A stretch of 32,000 nt of DNA from Candidatus Paracaedimonas acanthamoebae. Its GTDB lineage: Bacteria > Pseudomonadota > Alphaproteobacteria > Caedimonadales > Caedimonadaceae. The stretch spans positions 660,001-692,000 of the forward strand of contig CP008936.1 in assembly GCA_000743035.1 (NCBI GenBank), read 5' to 3'. The notes below the pieces were generated by a model that saw only the letters and a list, made by a program, of their open reading frames with translations, was not told the DNA's origin and ran no database searches. The translations under genes were made by a program, and so were the position numbers. Of the stretch, positions 1-9,250 are shown piece by piece. Each line of letters starts with the position of its first letter. Positions within the stretch are counted from its first letter, which is position 1.

Positions 1-645
1 CCGCAGTATCTTCAGCTTACTTACAGATTAAGTGCTGTTGCAGCGGGCACATTAATTACGCCGGCATCTCTTGGGCTAATTATCGGGGCGCTTATATCTC
101 CCATTCTTTCAAGAAAAGCAAGAAGTAGTGGAGCGATTATTGGAGCAGGGTTTCTTGTGATGTCAGTAGGTCTTGTTACGATAGCACTTGGCGTTCACCT
201 AGGTCCAGTGTGGGTGGTAGCCGGTCTTGTCATAGTATATTTTGGTTGTGGTCCTTTTGACGCACTCGCCACTGACATCGTGATTTCCTCGGCTCCTGAA
301 GGCAAGAGTGCTTCAGCTGGTGCGGCAGCAGAGACAGCAACTGAACTCGGCATGGGGCTGGGCATAGCCCTTTTTGGTACGCTAGGAACAGCTGTCTATC
401 AGAAAATTTTGACAGGTCGCCTTATTAATGGCGACATTGAGAGTTCTATTATCGAACGGGCTAAGAATTCGTTTTCGGTCGTCATGGCAGAAGCTTCCTG
501 ATTGGGGGGAACTAAAGGTGCATATCTCCAAGAACAAGAAAGTGAAGCCTTCACGGCGGGCCTTGCGACAGTGGCGGGCTCCACTGTAATACTTACCATA
601 TTTTTATCCATACTATCTTTTGCTTTTCTTCGAAGAACTGCTTGA
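1..645 (+). pseudogene. MFS drug:H+ antiporter (DHA2-like), 5' end outside the window, interrupted by an in-frame TGA at 499-501
   Basis: Frame 1 is open from nt 1 and the translation is rich in TM helices (PQYLQLTYRLSAVAAGTL...GLVIVYFGCGPFDALATDIVISSAPEGKSASAGAAAETATELGMGLGIALFGTLG). After the TGA at 499-501 the same frame continues LGGTKGAYLQEQESEAFTAGLATVAGSTVILTIFLSILSFAFLRRTA to a TGA at 643-645. That continuation looks like the usual last loop plus last TM helix of this family. Confidence 0.55.
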
Positions 646-784
646 GGCAGCTTACCCTCTCAAAGAAACATACATATGGCTGAATTTAATCCTGAATTTG
701 GAAAATAAGCATACGCAAAGCTTTTTCACATAGGCTCTTAAATAAATAAGTTTTACCTTTATCTAAAAATTAGACTTAATCAAC

Positions 785-799
785 TTAACTGATCCTTAA
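785..799 (+). promoter_or_regulatory. CtrA-type box TTAA-N7-TTAA upstream of the tadE-like operon
   Basis: TTAACTGATCCTTAA lies about 55 nt upstream of the probable tadE start (854). The motif is short and AT-rich, so chance occurrence is possible. Confidence 0.25.
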
Positions 800-853
800 T
801 ACAATCCTTCTACAATAAAAATGATATCTATTAATCAGGTGAGGTTCCTCATA

Positions 854-1351
854 ATGAGGAAAAAATTTAGTAAACCACTCCGCGCGTTTTTCTATCAATT
901 GCGTCAAGAAGAAGGGGCATCAATTGTTGAATTTGCCCTCATAGCGCCGCTTTTTATTTTTTTTATCTTTGCACTCATTCAGCTGAGTGCGGCATTAATT
1001 ATTGATAATGCTTTAGAAGCCTCTATTCGTGAAGCGGCTCGTTACGGAATTGCTGGTCAAGGATCAGGCGCGCGCGATGACGAAATTCGCAGCCGCATTC
1101 AAACAGTTGCCAGAGATTATAGTGGAGGCCTTATAAACCCAAGCAATCTCACGATTATGATAAATGCTTATCCAAATTTTCAAGCTTTGGATGCCAATAC
1201 TTCTGGGGAAAATGGTTCGGGAAGAGGGAATCAAGCTGTTAAATATCAAGTCCAATATACTTGGGATACCACGATTCCTATTTTTGGGGCTTCGAACTTG
1301 CTTGTTTTAAAGGCCCAAACGCCAGTAATGAACGAAGGTTTTGAAAATTAA
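854..1351 (+). CDS. tadE: TadE-like pseudopilin / Flp pilus assembly protein
   Basis: The ORF is open from 821. An in-frame ATG at 854 is preceded by the RBS AGGTGAGG (837-844). The N-terminus EEGASIVEFALIAPLFIFFIFALIQLS is the TadE-type hydrophobic N-terminal motif. Confidence 0.7.
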   Translation: MRKKFSKPLRAFFYQLRQEEGASIVEFALIAPLFIFFIFALIQLSAALIIDNALEASIREAARYGIAGQGSGARDDEIRSRIQTVARDYSGGLINPSNLTIMINAYPNFQALDANTSGENGSGRGNQAVKYQVQYTWDTTIPIFGASNLLVLKAQTPVMNEGFEN

Positions 1352-1361
1352 AGAGGGTGAA

Positions 1362-1919
1362 GTGCAACTTTTAATTAATTTTTTTCGAAAAAATAGAGGA
1401 AATGTCTTGATTGAATTTGCGGTTATTTTCCCTCTGATATTTGTGCTGTGTGCAGGCGTATTTGAGTTGGTCATGTTTACCTTGTTAAACAATAAGTTAA
1501 TGCGAACAGCAGGTTCCTTAGGGGATGCTATTACCAGAGAAGATATTAAAAGAAGTGAAATCACAGGGATTTTAAATACGGCACGATCGTTTTTAAAGCC
1601 TTTTGACTTTAATCCGGGTGGAAGCATTGTCGTTTCTCAGGTACGCAATGACGGTTTCACAACGGATCCCAGTAAGATGATTATTTCTTGGCAGGTTAAC
1701 ATGAATGGGGCAACGAGCCGATTAGGAGCCGTTGGCGCTCGTCCAGTAAATATGCCTAATAATCTTACGGTTCTGGATGATCAAGCCGTGGTCATTACGG
1801 AAGTCTTTTACCAATATCAACCAATGATTTTTAAAGGTTTTTTCCCGAATAAGACACTTTATCATGTGTCTGTTTTTGTTCCTAGAGTCGGAAGTATGAC
1901 TTCTTTAAAAGATGAGTGA
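1362..1919 (+). CDS. second TadE/TadF-like pseudopilin
   Basis: The ORF is open from 1341. A GTG at 1362 follows the RBS AAGAGGG. The N-terminus RGNVLIEFAVIFPLIFVLCAGVFELV is TadE-like. The gene directly follows the first tadE-like gene. Confidence 0.65.
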   Translation: MQLLINFFRKNRGNVLIEFAVIFPLIFVLCAGVFELVMFTLLNNKLMRTAGSLGDAITREDIKRSEITGILNTARSFLKPFDFNPGGSIVVSQVRNDGFTTDPSKMIISWQVNMNGATSRLGAVGARPVNMPNNLTVLDDQAVVITEVFYQYQPMIFKGFFPNKTLYHVSVFVPRVGSMTSLKDE

Positions 1920-3352
1920 TCACCAAAAAATGGGTAATAATGATGAAAGAGATTAGAAAGAATATACAAGAAATAAGAGAAAATGAAGAAGGAGCTGTTT
2001 ATGTGATATTTGCTTTTCTCCTTATTCCTTTTATCATTCTTGCTGCAATCGCTATCGAAGTCTCACGTGCCTCTTATATTAATACTCAATTAGCGTATGC
2101 CGCAGATGCCGCAGCGCTTGCAGGGGCACGCTACAATGTTGCCGATGCGCAAGAAAATGCACAAAAAGTATTTTACGCCAATTTTCCGAATGGTACACAA
2201 GACGTATTCGTCACACCTCAAGTGACTATTTCAAGTGATCAAAAATTTGTTAGCGTTTCAGTTTCAGGTTCAATGCCAACCATAATTGGAAAATTTGCCG
2301 ATATTCTGTCCCTACGTGTTAAGGCATTTTCGCAAGTTCAACGATCATTTGAAGGGTTAGAATTAGCTCTTGTCTTAGATGTGACAGGATCGATGGCTTC
2401 GAATAATAAAATTGGGGGGCTTATCTCAGCAGCTCGAAACCTTATCGATGTTATCTATGGCCCTAATAATACTAAAGAAAATATGGCAGTCTCGATCGTT
2501 CCTTATGTGGCAACCGTAAATATAGGCTCTCAGCGTACGTCATGGCTTTTAGATCCATCAACCTTAAGCAAATTTCCTAAAAACGTTCCTTGGGAAGGAT
2601 GTGTGAAAGCTGTTGATACGGGGAGCGTAATGGATAAAGACGATGCTCCTAGTTCAAGTCGTAAATGGCCTGTCTACTTTGCTGAATCGACTTATAAAAA
2701 ATATGGTTCTAATAAAAGTGATAATGATTGGATAGAACAACCTGCCGGATCGGTAACAGTAAAAACACCTATTACGAATGTTAAGATTGGCCCTAATAGA
2801 AGTTGTGGTCCTGCAATCATGCCCTTGACGAATAATCGTGATACTCTAAAAGCTAAAATCAGCACATTCACGCCCGTTTATGGGGGTGGAACCTTTGGTA
2901 ATCTAGGGCTTGTGTGGGGGTGGAATACGATCTCACCCAAATGGAGTGGGTTGTGGGGAAATATTAATCCACAACCTTATGATAAAGTATCAAAATATTT
3001 GTTGATCATGACCGATGGCGAAAATAACTGGTTTGATGAAAGTGGATACCAACCGACAGGGGATCCAACAGCTTATGGTCGTCTTCAGGATGGTCTTCTT
3101 GGAACCACGACGATTTCACAAACAAGAGGCAAGATAGATAGTCGCTTATTAGATCTGTGCACCAAGATTAAAGCGACAGGGATTCAAATTTTCACGGTAA
3201 CCTTTCAAGTTTCTGATTCTCAAGCAAAAAATATTTATAAACAATGTGCCAGCAAAGATGAATGGGCTTTCCAAGCTGAAAACTCACAACAATTATATAC
3301 GTTCTTCAGTCAAATCGGAGAAACCGTGAAGAAGATCATTATTGTTAAGTAA
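1916..3352 (+). CDS. tadG: TadG-like pilus assembly protein with von Willebrand A domain
   Basis: The N-terminus has the TadE/G-like segment EEGAVYVIFAFLLIPFIILAAIAIEVSRA. A MIDAS-like LALVLDVTGSMAS motif and a later IMTDGENN motif are typical of vWA domains. An alternative start is the ATG at 1940. The GTGA overlap with the preceding gene suggests translational coupling. Confidence 0.75.
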   Translation: MITKKWVIMMKEIRKNIQEIRENEEGAVYVIFAFLLIPFIILAAIAIEVSRASYINTQLAYAADAAALAGARYNVADAQENAQKVFYANFPNGTQDVFVTPQVTISSDQKFVSVSVSGSMPTIIGKFADILSLRVKAFSQVQRSFEGLELALVLDVTGSMASNNKIGGLISAARNLIDVIYGPNNTKENMAVSIVPYVATVNIGSQRTSWLLDPSTLSKFPKNVPWEGCVKAVDTGSVMDKDDAPSSSRKWPVYFAESTYKKYGSNKSDNDWIEQPAGSVTVKTPITNVKIGPNRSCGPAIMPLTNNRDTLKAKISTFTPVYGGGTFGNLGLVWGWNTISPKWSGLWGNINPQPYDKVSKYLLIMTDGENNWFDESGYQPTGDPTAYGRLQDGLLGTTTISQTRGKIDSRLLDLCTKIKATGIQIFTVTFQVSDSQAKNIYKQCASKDEWAFQAENSQQLYTFFSQIGETVKKIIIVK

Positions 3353-4318
3353 TGATTCTTTTGACGGTGGATTAAGGTGTTTATTTGTCGCAGGAGTTTT
3401 TGGTTGGGCTGAAGAATTTTCAGGATTTTTTTGAGGGAGACTCGGTCCTGTTTTAGAAGAGTCTGTAAGCTTTTTATTGTGAGTCTTTTTCTTATTTTTA
3501 AATTTTTTTGTTGAGGTTTTTGAAATTTCTCGAGATTCAAGCTTAGATGACTTAATGGTTAAAGTAGAGGCTTCTTGACTATTAAGAGATGATAAAAAGT
3601 TAATATTTCTTTGAATGGATTCTTGATCAAGGCCATATTTAAAATACTGATTTGCTTTCTGGTTATCGCCTGCCAGAGCATAGGCAACAGCAAGATTATG
3701 TTTGACATTCGGGGTTGCTTTAGGATGTTGGCTTAACTTGGTAAGATAATTAATACCTTCTTCAATTTTTCCATCCAAAGCCAAGGATAAACCTAAATTG
3801 GATTGAATGTTGATATTGTGATGATCTATTTCAAGCGCTTTTGTATACCACATTTGTGCTTGAGTATGTTGGCTTTTAAGGTCTGAGCAAATTCCCAAGC
3901 CGTTGAGAATAAGGGCATCTTCAGGTTGCATTCCATACATTTTTTTATAAATAATTTCACATTTATCACCTTTATTTGCTGCAATATAAGCTTTTCCAAG
4001 TGCTTTTAATACGGGAAGATGTTGAGGATGAAGTGTTGAGGTTTCCTCAAGTAATTGTATAGCTTCATCTCTTTTTCCTTCTTCAGTAAGGATAGCAGCA
4101 AGGCCAAGCCGTGCCCCGACATGATGAGGAGAGGCATCTAAAATTTGTTGGTAGAGTTTTTTTGCAGTTGCAAAATCCTGAAACTTTTGCATTGATTCTG
4201 CAATTCTTAATAAAGAAGCCGAAGAGCTATCGGCGTAAATTTCTTCTTGGTCTGCACAGCTACATATAAATACTGAAGCCAATAATACGGGTATAAAATT
4301 TGTGATCTTAAGCTTCAT
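3293..4318 (-). CDS. TPR-repeat lipoprotein, TadD-like, with a long basic low-complexity C-terminal tail
   Basis: The signal peptide ends in a Cys (LLASVFICSCADQ). Multiple TPR-like repeats are present (AKKLYQQIL..., GKRDEAIQLLEE..., AQMWYTKALEID..., QKANQYFKYGL). The gene is transcribed divergently from cpaA. Its 3' end overlaps the tadG 3' end by 60 nt. Confidence 0.6.
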   Translation of the reverse strand: MKLKITNFIPVLLASVFICSCADQEEIYADSSSASLLRIAESMQKFQDFATAKKLYQQILDASPHHVGARLGLAAILTEEGKRDEAIQLLEETSTLHPQHLPVLKALGKAYIAANKGDKCEIIYKKMYGMQPEDALILNGLGICSDLKSQHTQAQMWYTKALEIDHHNINIQSNLGLSLALDGKIEEGINYLTKLSQHPKATPNVKHNLAVAYALAGDNQKANQYFKYGLDQESIQRNINFLSSLNSQEASTLTIKSSKLESREISKTSTKKFKNKKKTHNKKLTDSSKTGPSLPQKNPENSSAQPKTPATNKHLNPPSKESLLNNNDLLHGFSDLTEERI

Positions 4319-4400
4319 TTATTTAGCCTTCATTTGTTACAATAAGTTAACAATACGTTCTTTTTATAAACAAATTTTACTATTCATATAATTTATTGAA

Positions 4401-4416
4401 TTAACAAAAATTTAAC
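4401..4416 (+). promoter_or_regulatory. CtrA-type box TTAA-N7-TTAAC in the tadD-like/cpaA divergent intergenic region
   Basis: TTAACAAAAATTTAAC matches the full Caulobacter CtrA consensus and lies about 80 nt upstream of the cpaA start. The AT-rich context means chance occurrence is possible. Confidence 0.3.
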
Positions 4417-4493
4417 AAATTTAAGGATATGGTTAATCACAATTTAAGTCAACGTTAATTAAAAGTTTTGTAAGTTGTGAGGAGCTGATTGAA

Positions 4494-5048
4494 GTGCAAA
4501 CATTTTATATTATCTTTAGTCTGTTAGCATGTTGTGCTGCCATATTTGATTTTCTTTTTTATCGTATACCCAATATTATTTGTATTCTCATTGTATTGTT
4601 CTTCTTTATAGGGAGTACCATTTTTTATCCTGTTGAAAAAATTACAGAAGCTCTTCTTTTTGCTTCAGGAACATTAGGGGTGGGTTTTTTACTCTACGCT
4701 GTTCGAATCTTTGGGCCAGGAGATGCAAAACTTTTAACTGCATCTGTTTTGTGGGTAGAAAGTTCAAATTTCCTTGTATTTATCCTAGCAATAAGTGTTT
4801 GTGGTGGCCTATTAGGTATCTTCTATCTCTCATTATCCGATGAAATAGATAAAATTCGTTTAAAAATAAACATATTTTTAACTAAATTTCTTCAAGATAG
4901 CCTTCTATGGACGTTTTATAAACGTTATCAAGGCTTACCTTTTAAAAATAGTCGCTCAACAGAAAGCAAAAAGGTAATCCTTCCTTATGGTATCGCAATA
5001 TGTGGGGGATGTTTAGTCATAACCTACATAAAGATTTGGGGGGCTTAA
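4494..5048 (+). CDS. cpaA: prepilin peptidase CpaA (A24 family)
   Basis: Polytopic membrane protein with the FGPGDAKLL (GxGDxKL) active-site motif. The GTG start is preceded by the RBS GAGGAG. It is the first gene of the cpa operon. Confidence 0.85.
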   Translation: MQTFYIIFSLLACCAAIFDFLFYRIPNIICILIVLFFFIGSTIFYPVEKITEALLFASGTLGVGFLLYAVRIFGPGDAKLLTASVLWVESSNFLVFILAISVCGGLLGIFYLSLSDEIDKIRLKINIFLTKFLQDSLLWTFYKRYQGLPFKNSRSTESKKVILPYGIAICGGCLVITYIKIWGA

Positions 5049-5050
5049 AA

Positions 5051-5848
5051 ATGAGATCTAAAAGTATATTACTCGTTCTAGGGTCCTTAGTTCTTGCTGT
5101 TTTATTGTCTGTATTATTACAAAGTTTTTTTAACAAAAATGATAAATCTGCTGAAAAGAAAGCCCAAACCGATACGGTTCTTGTCTTGACTGCTCCCGCT
5201 GAATTACTTCCAGGCATGGTTATTTCAATTGAAAAACTTGTTTGGAAAGAGTGGCCTTCTAAAGCTTTAAGCCCTCATTATATCACGAAAGACAAGACAG
5301 AAGAATTAAAGTCTATAAACGGCGCTACTGTAAGGTTTACAATTTTAGCAAATGAGCCAGTTAAGCTTTCAAATGTGGTTACACTTCAAGGGAAAAGTAT
5401 CCTATCCGCAATTATTCGCACAGGCATGAGAGGTGTTACCATACCTTTTTCAAAGGTCGCAAATGCTCCAAGCTTTTTAGCGCCTGGGGATATTATTGAC
5501 GTTGTGATTCCAAAAAGAGCTCAGGAAACCGGTGAAGGGTATTTTGGGCAAACAATCATTAAAGGTGTCCGGATTCTTGCTGTTGATCGTTCTTTACAAA
5601 AACTTGAGGAAAATAAGTCTGAGCAACCTAAAACAATGACTTTAGAAGTGACTGCAGATCAAGCAGAAGACCTCGCTGCTTCAATACGAGGTGGAAATAT
5701 TGTCATCAGTTTGCGAAGCGCTTTTAATGAAACAACAGAAGTAAAAACCTCTCCTGTAAAAGTGGAACAAGTATCAGAAGATAATAAAATAAAAGTTGTG
5801 ACTATGATTCGTGGAAAAGATAAATCACAAATCACTTTAAAAGAATAG
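5051..5848 (+). CDS. cpaB: Flp pilus assembly protein CpaB/RcpC
   Basis: The ORF is open from 5000. The ATG at 5051 gives MRSKSILLVLGSLVLAVLL, an N-terminal anchor. The SAF/RcpC-like body (GMRGVTIPF..., PGDIIDVV, IIKGVRILAVD) and the position after cpaA support the call. Confidence 0.8.
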   Translation: MRSKSILLVLGSLVLAVLLSVLLQSFFNKNDKSAEKKAQTDTVLVLTAPAELLPGMVISIEKLVWKEWPSKALSPHYITKDKTEELKSINGATVRFTILANEPVKLSNVVTLQGKSILSAIIRTGMRGVTIPFSKVANAPSFLAPGDIIDVVIPKRAQETGEGYFGQTIIKGVRILAVDRSLQKLEENKSEQPKTMTLEVTADQAEDLAASIRGGNIVISLRSAFNETTEVKTSPVKVEQVSEDNKIKVVTMIRGKDKSQITLKE

Positions 5849-5853
5849 CAGAG

Positions 5854-7278
5854 ATGAATTTAATAAAGGGATGGAAGATGTATAACTTGATTAAGACTAA
5901 AATAAGGCTCTTTATTTATGCTCTTGGTTTAATATTTATTGTAAATGATGCATATGCAATGAAAGAAATGACAATTGAGCAAAATGTTGCAGAAACAGTT
6001 CATCTTGAAGATCAAGTTGCTGAAATCTTTGTTGCAAATCCTGAAATTGCTGATGTTCAGCTCAATAATCCTAAAGTAGCTTATGTTTTTGGCAATAAAC
6101 CTGGCGTGACAACTGTATTTGCAACAAATAAAGATGGTAAGCTTATTTTGCAACTTCACTTGAAAGTCACGCATAATCTAACTCAACTTAATCAAACCTT
6201 GAAAGCGCTTTATCCTTATGAAGATATACAAACAATTTCAACACCAGGCGGTGTGGTTTTAAATGGAAAAGTATCGACACCAGCGACGGCAAAGAAGATT
6301 GTCGATGTTGCAGCAAAACATATTGGTTCAAAGGATAATGTGATCAACAACCTTCAGATTGGAACTAAAACCCAAGTTTTATTAAAAGTGAAAATTGCAG
6401 AAGTTAGAAGGTCTACACTCAATAAATTAAATATTAACTGGTCATCTGTTGTTAATTCTCCTGCTCATTTTACGTATGGTTTGATGACAGGTCGTGCCCC
6501 TATCGTAGGGGGTACTTTCCAACGTCATAATGGAATTCCCCAATTAGGAAGCATGGGAGCGGCATTTAATGATGGAGTCAGTAATTTTAGTGCCTTGATT
6601 GATGCCTTGGATCAAGAAGGGCTTGGTACAATTTTGGCAGAACCAAACTTAATCGCTGTCTCAGGTGAAACAGCGAGCTTTCTTGCAGGTGGTGAATTTC
6701 CTTTCCCAGTGCCTCAAGATACCAATATTACTATTGAGTTTAAACAGTTTGGTATCAGTCTTGCTTTTACTCCCACTGTTCTTTCATCAAACTTGATTAA
6801 TTTGCGTGTTCGTCCAGAAGTAAGTGAATTAGACGATAGCAATGCACTTGCTATACCGGTTGGGAATTCGTCAATTCCTGTTCGTGTTCCTGCTATAAAA
6901 ACAAGAAGAGCCGAAACTTCGGTCGAGCTTGGTAGTGGTCAAAGCTTAGCAATTGCTGGTCTTATTACAGCTAATACAGCAAATACTTATTCTCAGCTTC
7001 CAGGATTTGGTGATATCCCCGTTTTGGGGGCTCTTTTCAGATCAACTGATTTTCAACGGGAACAAAGTGAGCTTGTGATCATTGTGACGCCTTATATTGT
7101 GGAACCTAACTCAGATCCTAAAGCACTTAAATTACCGACAGATGGGGTAAAACATGCATCTAACCTAGAAACACTTTTTATGAAAAGGTTGAATCGTAAA
7201 AATGTAACACCAGATCAAGTTATTGAAGAAGCGCCTGATTATCGGCTCTTTGGTGTTGCTGGTTTTAATGTAGAGTAA
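5854..7278 (+). CDS. cpaC: secretin CpaC/RcpA
   Basis: BON/secretin-N region followed by a secretin core (ILAEPNLIAVSGETASFLAGGEFPFPV, IEFKQFGISLAFTP, GQSLAIAGLI, PGFGDIPVLGALFRS, ELVIIVTPYIV). An alternative start is the ATG at 5878. Confidence 0.9.
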   Translation: MNLIKGWKMYNLIKTKIRLFIYALGLIFIVNDAYAMKEMTIEQNVAETVHLEDQVAEIFVANPEIADVQLNNPKVAYVFGNKPGVTTVFATNKDGKLILQLHLKVTHNLTQLNQTLKALYPYEDIQTISTPGGVVLNGKVSTPATAKKIVDVAAKHIGSKDNVINNLQIGTKTQVLLKVKIAEVRRSTLNKLNINWSSVVNSPAHFTYGLMTGRAPIVGGTFQRHNGIPQLGSMGAAFNDGVSNFSALIDALDQEGLGTILAEPNLIAVSGETASFLAGGEFPFPVPQDTNITIEFKQFGISLAFTPTVLSSNLINLRVRPEVSELDDSNALAIPVGNSSIPVRVPAIKTRRAETSVELGSGQSLAIAGLITANTANTYSQLPGFGDIPVLGALFRSTDFQREQSELVIIVTPYIVEPNSDPKALKLPTDGVKHASNLETLFMKRLNRKNVTPDQVIEEAPDYRLFGVAGFNVE

Positions 7279-7288
7279 GAGGAATAAA

Positions 7289-7960
7289 ATGTTTAAACAA
7301 TTAGCAGCCCTACTATTAGCGTCTTCTACTATATTACCTGGGTGTTATCTTGAGCGCGACATAAATTACGTACGTCCTGAACAGCCTTTAGTAAAGAAAA
7401 AAACGGTTTCTCAGTTAATTCACTATAAATCAAAACAGAGAGTTAAGCTCACCACGAAAGAGGTTTTTGATCTCAAAGTTAAGGTTAAACAAGCTCAGAA
7501 AGCACAGGATATTCGAGTAAACATTATAGGTCATCACTTGAAGACAATGCGAGAAAATGCTCAAACAAAGGCTCGTATAAATCATTTAATTCGAGTTCTT
7601 AATCGATTAGGTGTTCCAAGTTCTTCAATCCAAATCTTTGATAAAATTAATGCGCCCAACGCCCAGTTAAAATGGGAACCTGATATGATAGCTATTGAAC
7701 TAGAGTGGTATGATCGCCATGCTATTCAATGTCCTGGATGGGATCAAGTGATGGATGGTCATGTTGCCCCCGAAGGAGAAGAAAATTTTGGCTGCACAAC
7801 GCAATCTAATTTAGCGCGAATGATTGTTGATCCAAAAGATTTGATAGTTGGTAAGAATTTAGAAAGTACTGATGGTCAATATAGTAGTATGAGTATTGAG
7901 CGGTACCAGACTGATAAAATGAAAACAATAAAAATTGAGAAGGTCGGCAAGGGGAGATAG
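7289..7960 (+). CDS. cpaD: pilus biogenesis lipoprotein CpaD
   Basis: Lipobox ILPGC. CpaD-like C-terminal region (CPGWD...FGCTTQSNLARMIVDPKDLIVG). Gene order matches cpaC-cpaD-cpaE. Confidence 0.75.
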   Translation: MFKQLAALLLASSTILPGCYLERDINYVRPEQPLVKKKTVSQLIHYKSKQRVKLTTKEVFDLKVKVKQAQKAQDIRVNIIGHHLKTMRENAQTKARINHLIRVLNRLGVPSSSIQIFDKINAPNAQLKWEPDMIAIELEWYDRHAIQCPGWDQVMDGHVAPEGEENFGCTTQSNLARMIVDPKDLIVGKNLESTDGQYSSMSIERYQTDKMKTIKIEKVGKGR

Positions 7961-7981
7961 AGGAGAAAATGAGGTTTTAAC

Positions 7982-9193
7982 GTGACTAAGGACAATAATT
8001 TGAATTCTTTACTATGTTTTTTATCTGATGATACTTCAATCGAAGCAGTTCAAGCGACATCCTTGAATAATTTAGGTATCACTCTTGAGGTCAAAAAAGG
8101 AGGCATAGAAGAGTGTCTAAAACATCTTAAAAGCAACCAATCACCAGATATCCTATTGATTGATATTAGTGAGTCAAAGCTTCCAATGACTGATATGATG
8201 AAGTTAGCAGAAGCTTGTGAGCCTGGTGTTGAAGTTATTACGGTTGGCAATCGTAATGAAGTTGGACTTTTTAGAGATTTAATGCGTTTGGGAATTAAAG
8301 ATTATCTTGTTAAGCCACTGACCTCAATGCACATTTTTAAAACACTAGAGCATATCCTTTTTGAAGAAAAAAAGGTATCTCAACCTGGAAGATTTAATAA
8401 ATCTGGTAAGTTAGTGACATTTATTGGTTCACACGGTGGAACTGGTGTATCAACTTTGGTCGCGAATAGCGCATGGGCGCTTGCTGAGAAGGAAAGTAAA
8501 AAAGTTGCTATTGTTGATTTAGATATTCAGTTAGGAATTATTCCTCACTTTTTTAATCTAGAGTCCTCGATAGGGCTACAAAAGCTTTTTGAGACTCCAG
8601 AGCGTATCGATGAAACTCTAATCAATAGATCAATGACACATGTCGGGCAAAATCTTATGATTTTAAGTTCTCAAACATCCTTACAAGATCAGCCAAACCT
8701 CAGCTTGGAAGCTATTGAATCAATAACTCAAGAATTGCTATCAAACGTCCACTTTGTTTTCGTAGATTTACCAAGAAATTTCTTGACACCTTCAAATACA
8801 TTTCTTTTGCAAAGATCAAATATTGTCGTCGTAACGACAGATTATTCTCTTATAGGGCTCAAAGAAACATCAAGGTTCTTAGAGCTTTGTAAAGATCGCC
8901 TTGTTCCGGATCAGGAAATCATTATTGTTGCAAACAAACTAGGTCAGTATAAAGCCGGAGAATTAACCCGTGAAATGTTTGAAGAAGCCCTGCAACACAA
9001 AGTTACACTTGAAATAGCTTTTGATCCTCTCAATCCTTTGGAAGCTTTAAGAGATGGTACTCCTCTCGTTAATAAAGCGAAAGGTTCGGCTTGTACGGGG
9101 GTTTTGGCAATAGTAAATCGTCTATTAGGAAAAGAAATAAAATCTAAAGAGTTTTCAGGGGTATTAAATTATCTTAAAAGTTTAAAATTTTAA
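7982..9193 (+). CDS. cpaE: CpaE/TadZ: receiver-like N-domain plus ParA/MinD-like ATPase domain with an atypical Walker A
   Basis: REC-like N-terminus (PDILLIDISE..., IKDYLVKPL) followed by TFIGSHGGTGVSTLVAN...VAIVDLD. The position is between cpaD and cpaF. Confidence 0.8.
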   Translation: MTKDNNLNSLLCFLSDDTSIEAVQATSLNNLGITLEVKKGGIEECLKHLKSNQSPDILLIDISESKLPMTDMMKLAEACEPGVEVITVGNRNEVGLFRDLMRLGIKDYLVKPLTSMHIFKTLEHILFEEKKVSQPGRFNKSGKLVTFIGSHGGTGVSTLVANSAWALAEKESKKVAIVDLDIQLGIIPHFFNLESSIGLQKLFETPERIDETLINRSMTHVGQNLMILSSQTSLQDQPNLSLEAIESITQELLSNVHFVFVDLPRNFLTPSNTFLLQRSNIVVVTTDYSLIGLKETSRFLELCKDRLVPDQEIIIVANKLGQYKAGELTREMFEEALQHKVTLEIAFDPLNPLEALRDGTPLVNKAKGSACTGVLAIVNRLLGKEIKSKEFSGVLNYLKSLKF

Positions 9194-9250
9194 GTTTTTC
9201 TTAAGCCTATTGTTATATTTTCTAATTGTAGAGGAATAAAAGAGGGAATA

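Noticed and set aside
399-611. A 70-aa minus-strand ORF overlapping the end of the MFS gene.
   Set aside because: It is antisense to a frame with clear membrane-transporter character. There is no independent support.
676-708. A short ORF (MAEFNPEFGK) and other tiny ORFs in the tad-flanking spacers as candidate Flp pilins.
   Set aside because: They are too short and lack the hydrophobic Flp core and the G/XXXXEY processing motif.
1064-1627. Minus-strand ORFs 1064-1255 and 1307-1627; similarly 3310-3540, 5017-5217, 5929-6174, 8050-8250, 10932-11138, 11931-12122, 15212-15598, 18402-18638, 19476-19667, 27008-27265, 29129-29320, 29753-30128 and 31132-31329.
   Set aside because: All are nested in or antisense to strongly supported genes and show no motifs. 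I treat them as overlapping-frame artefacts.
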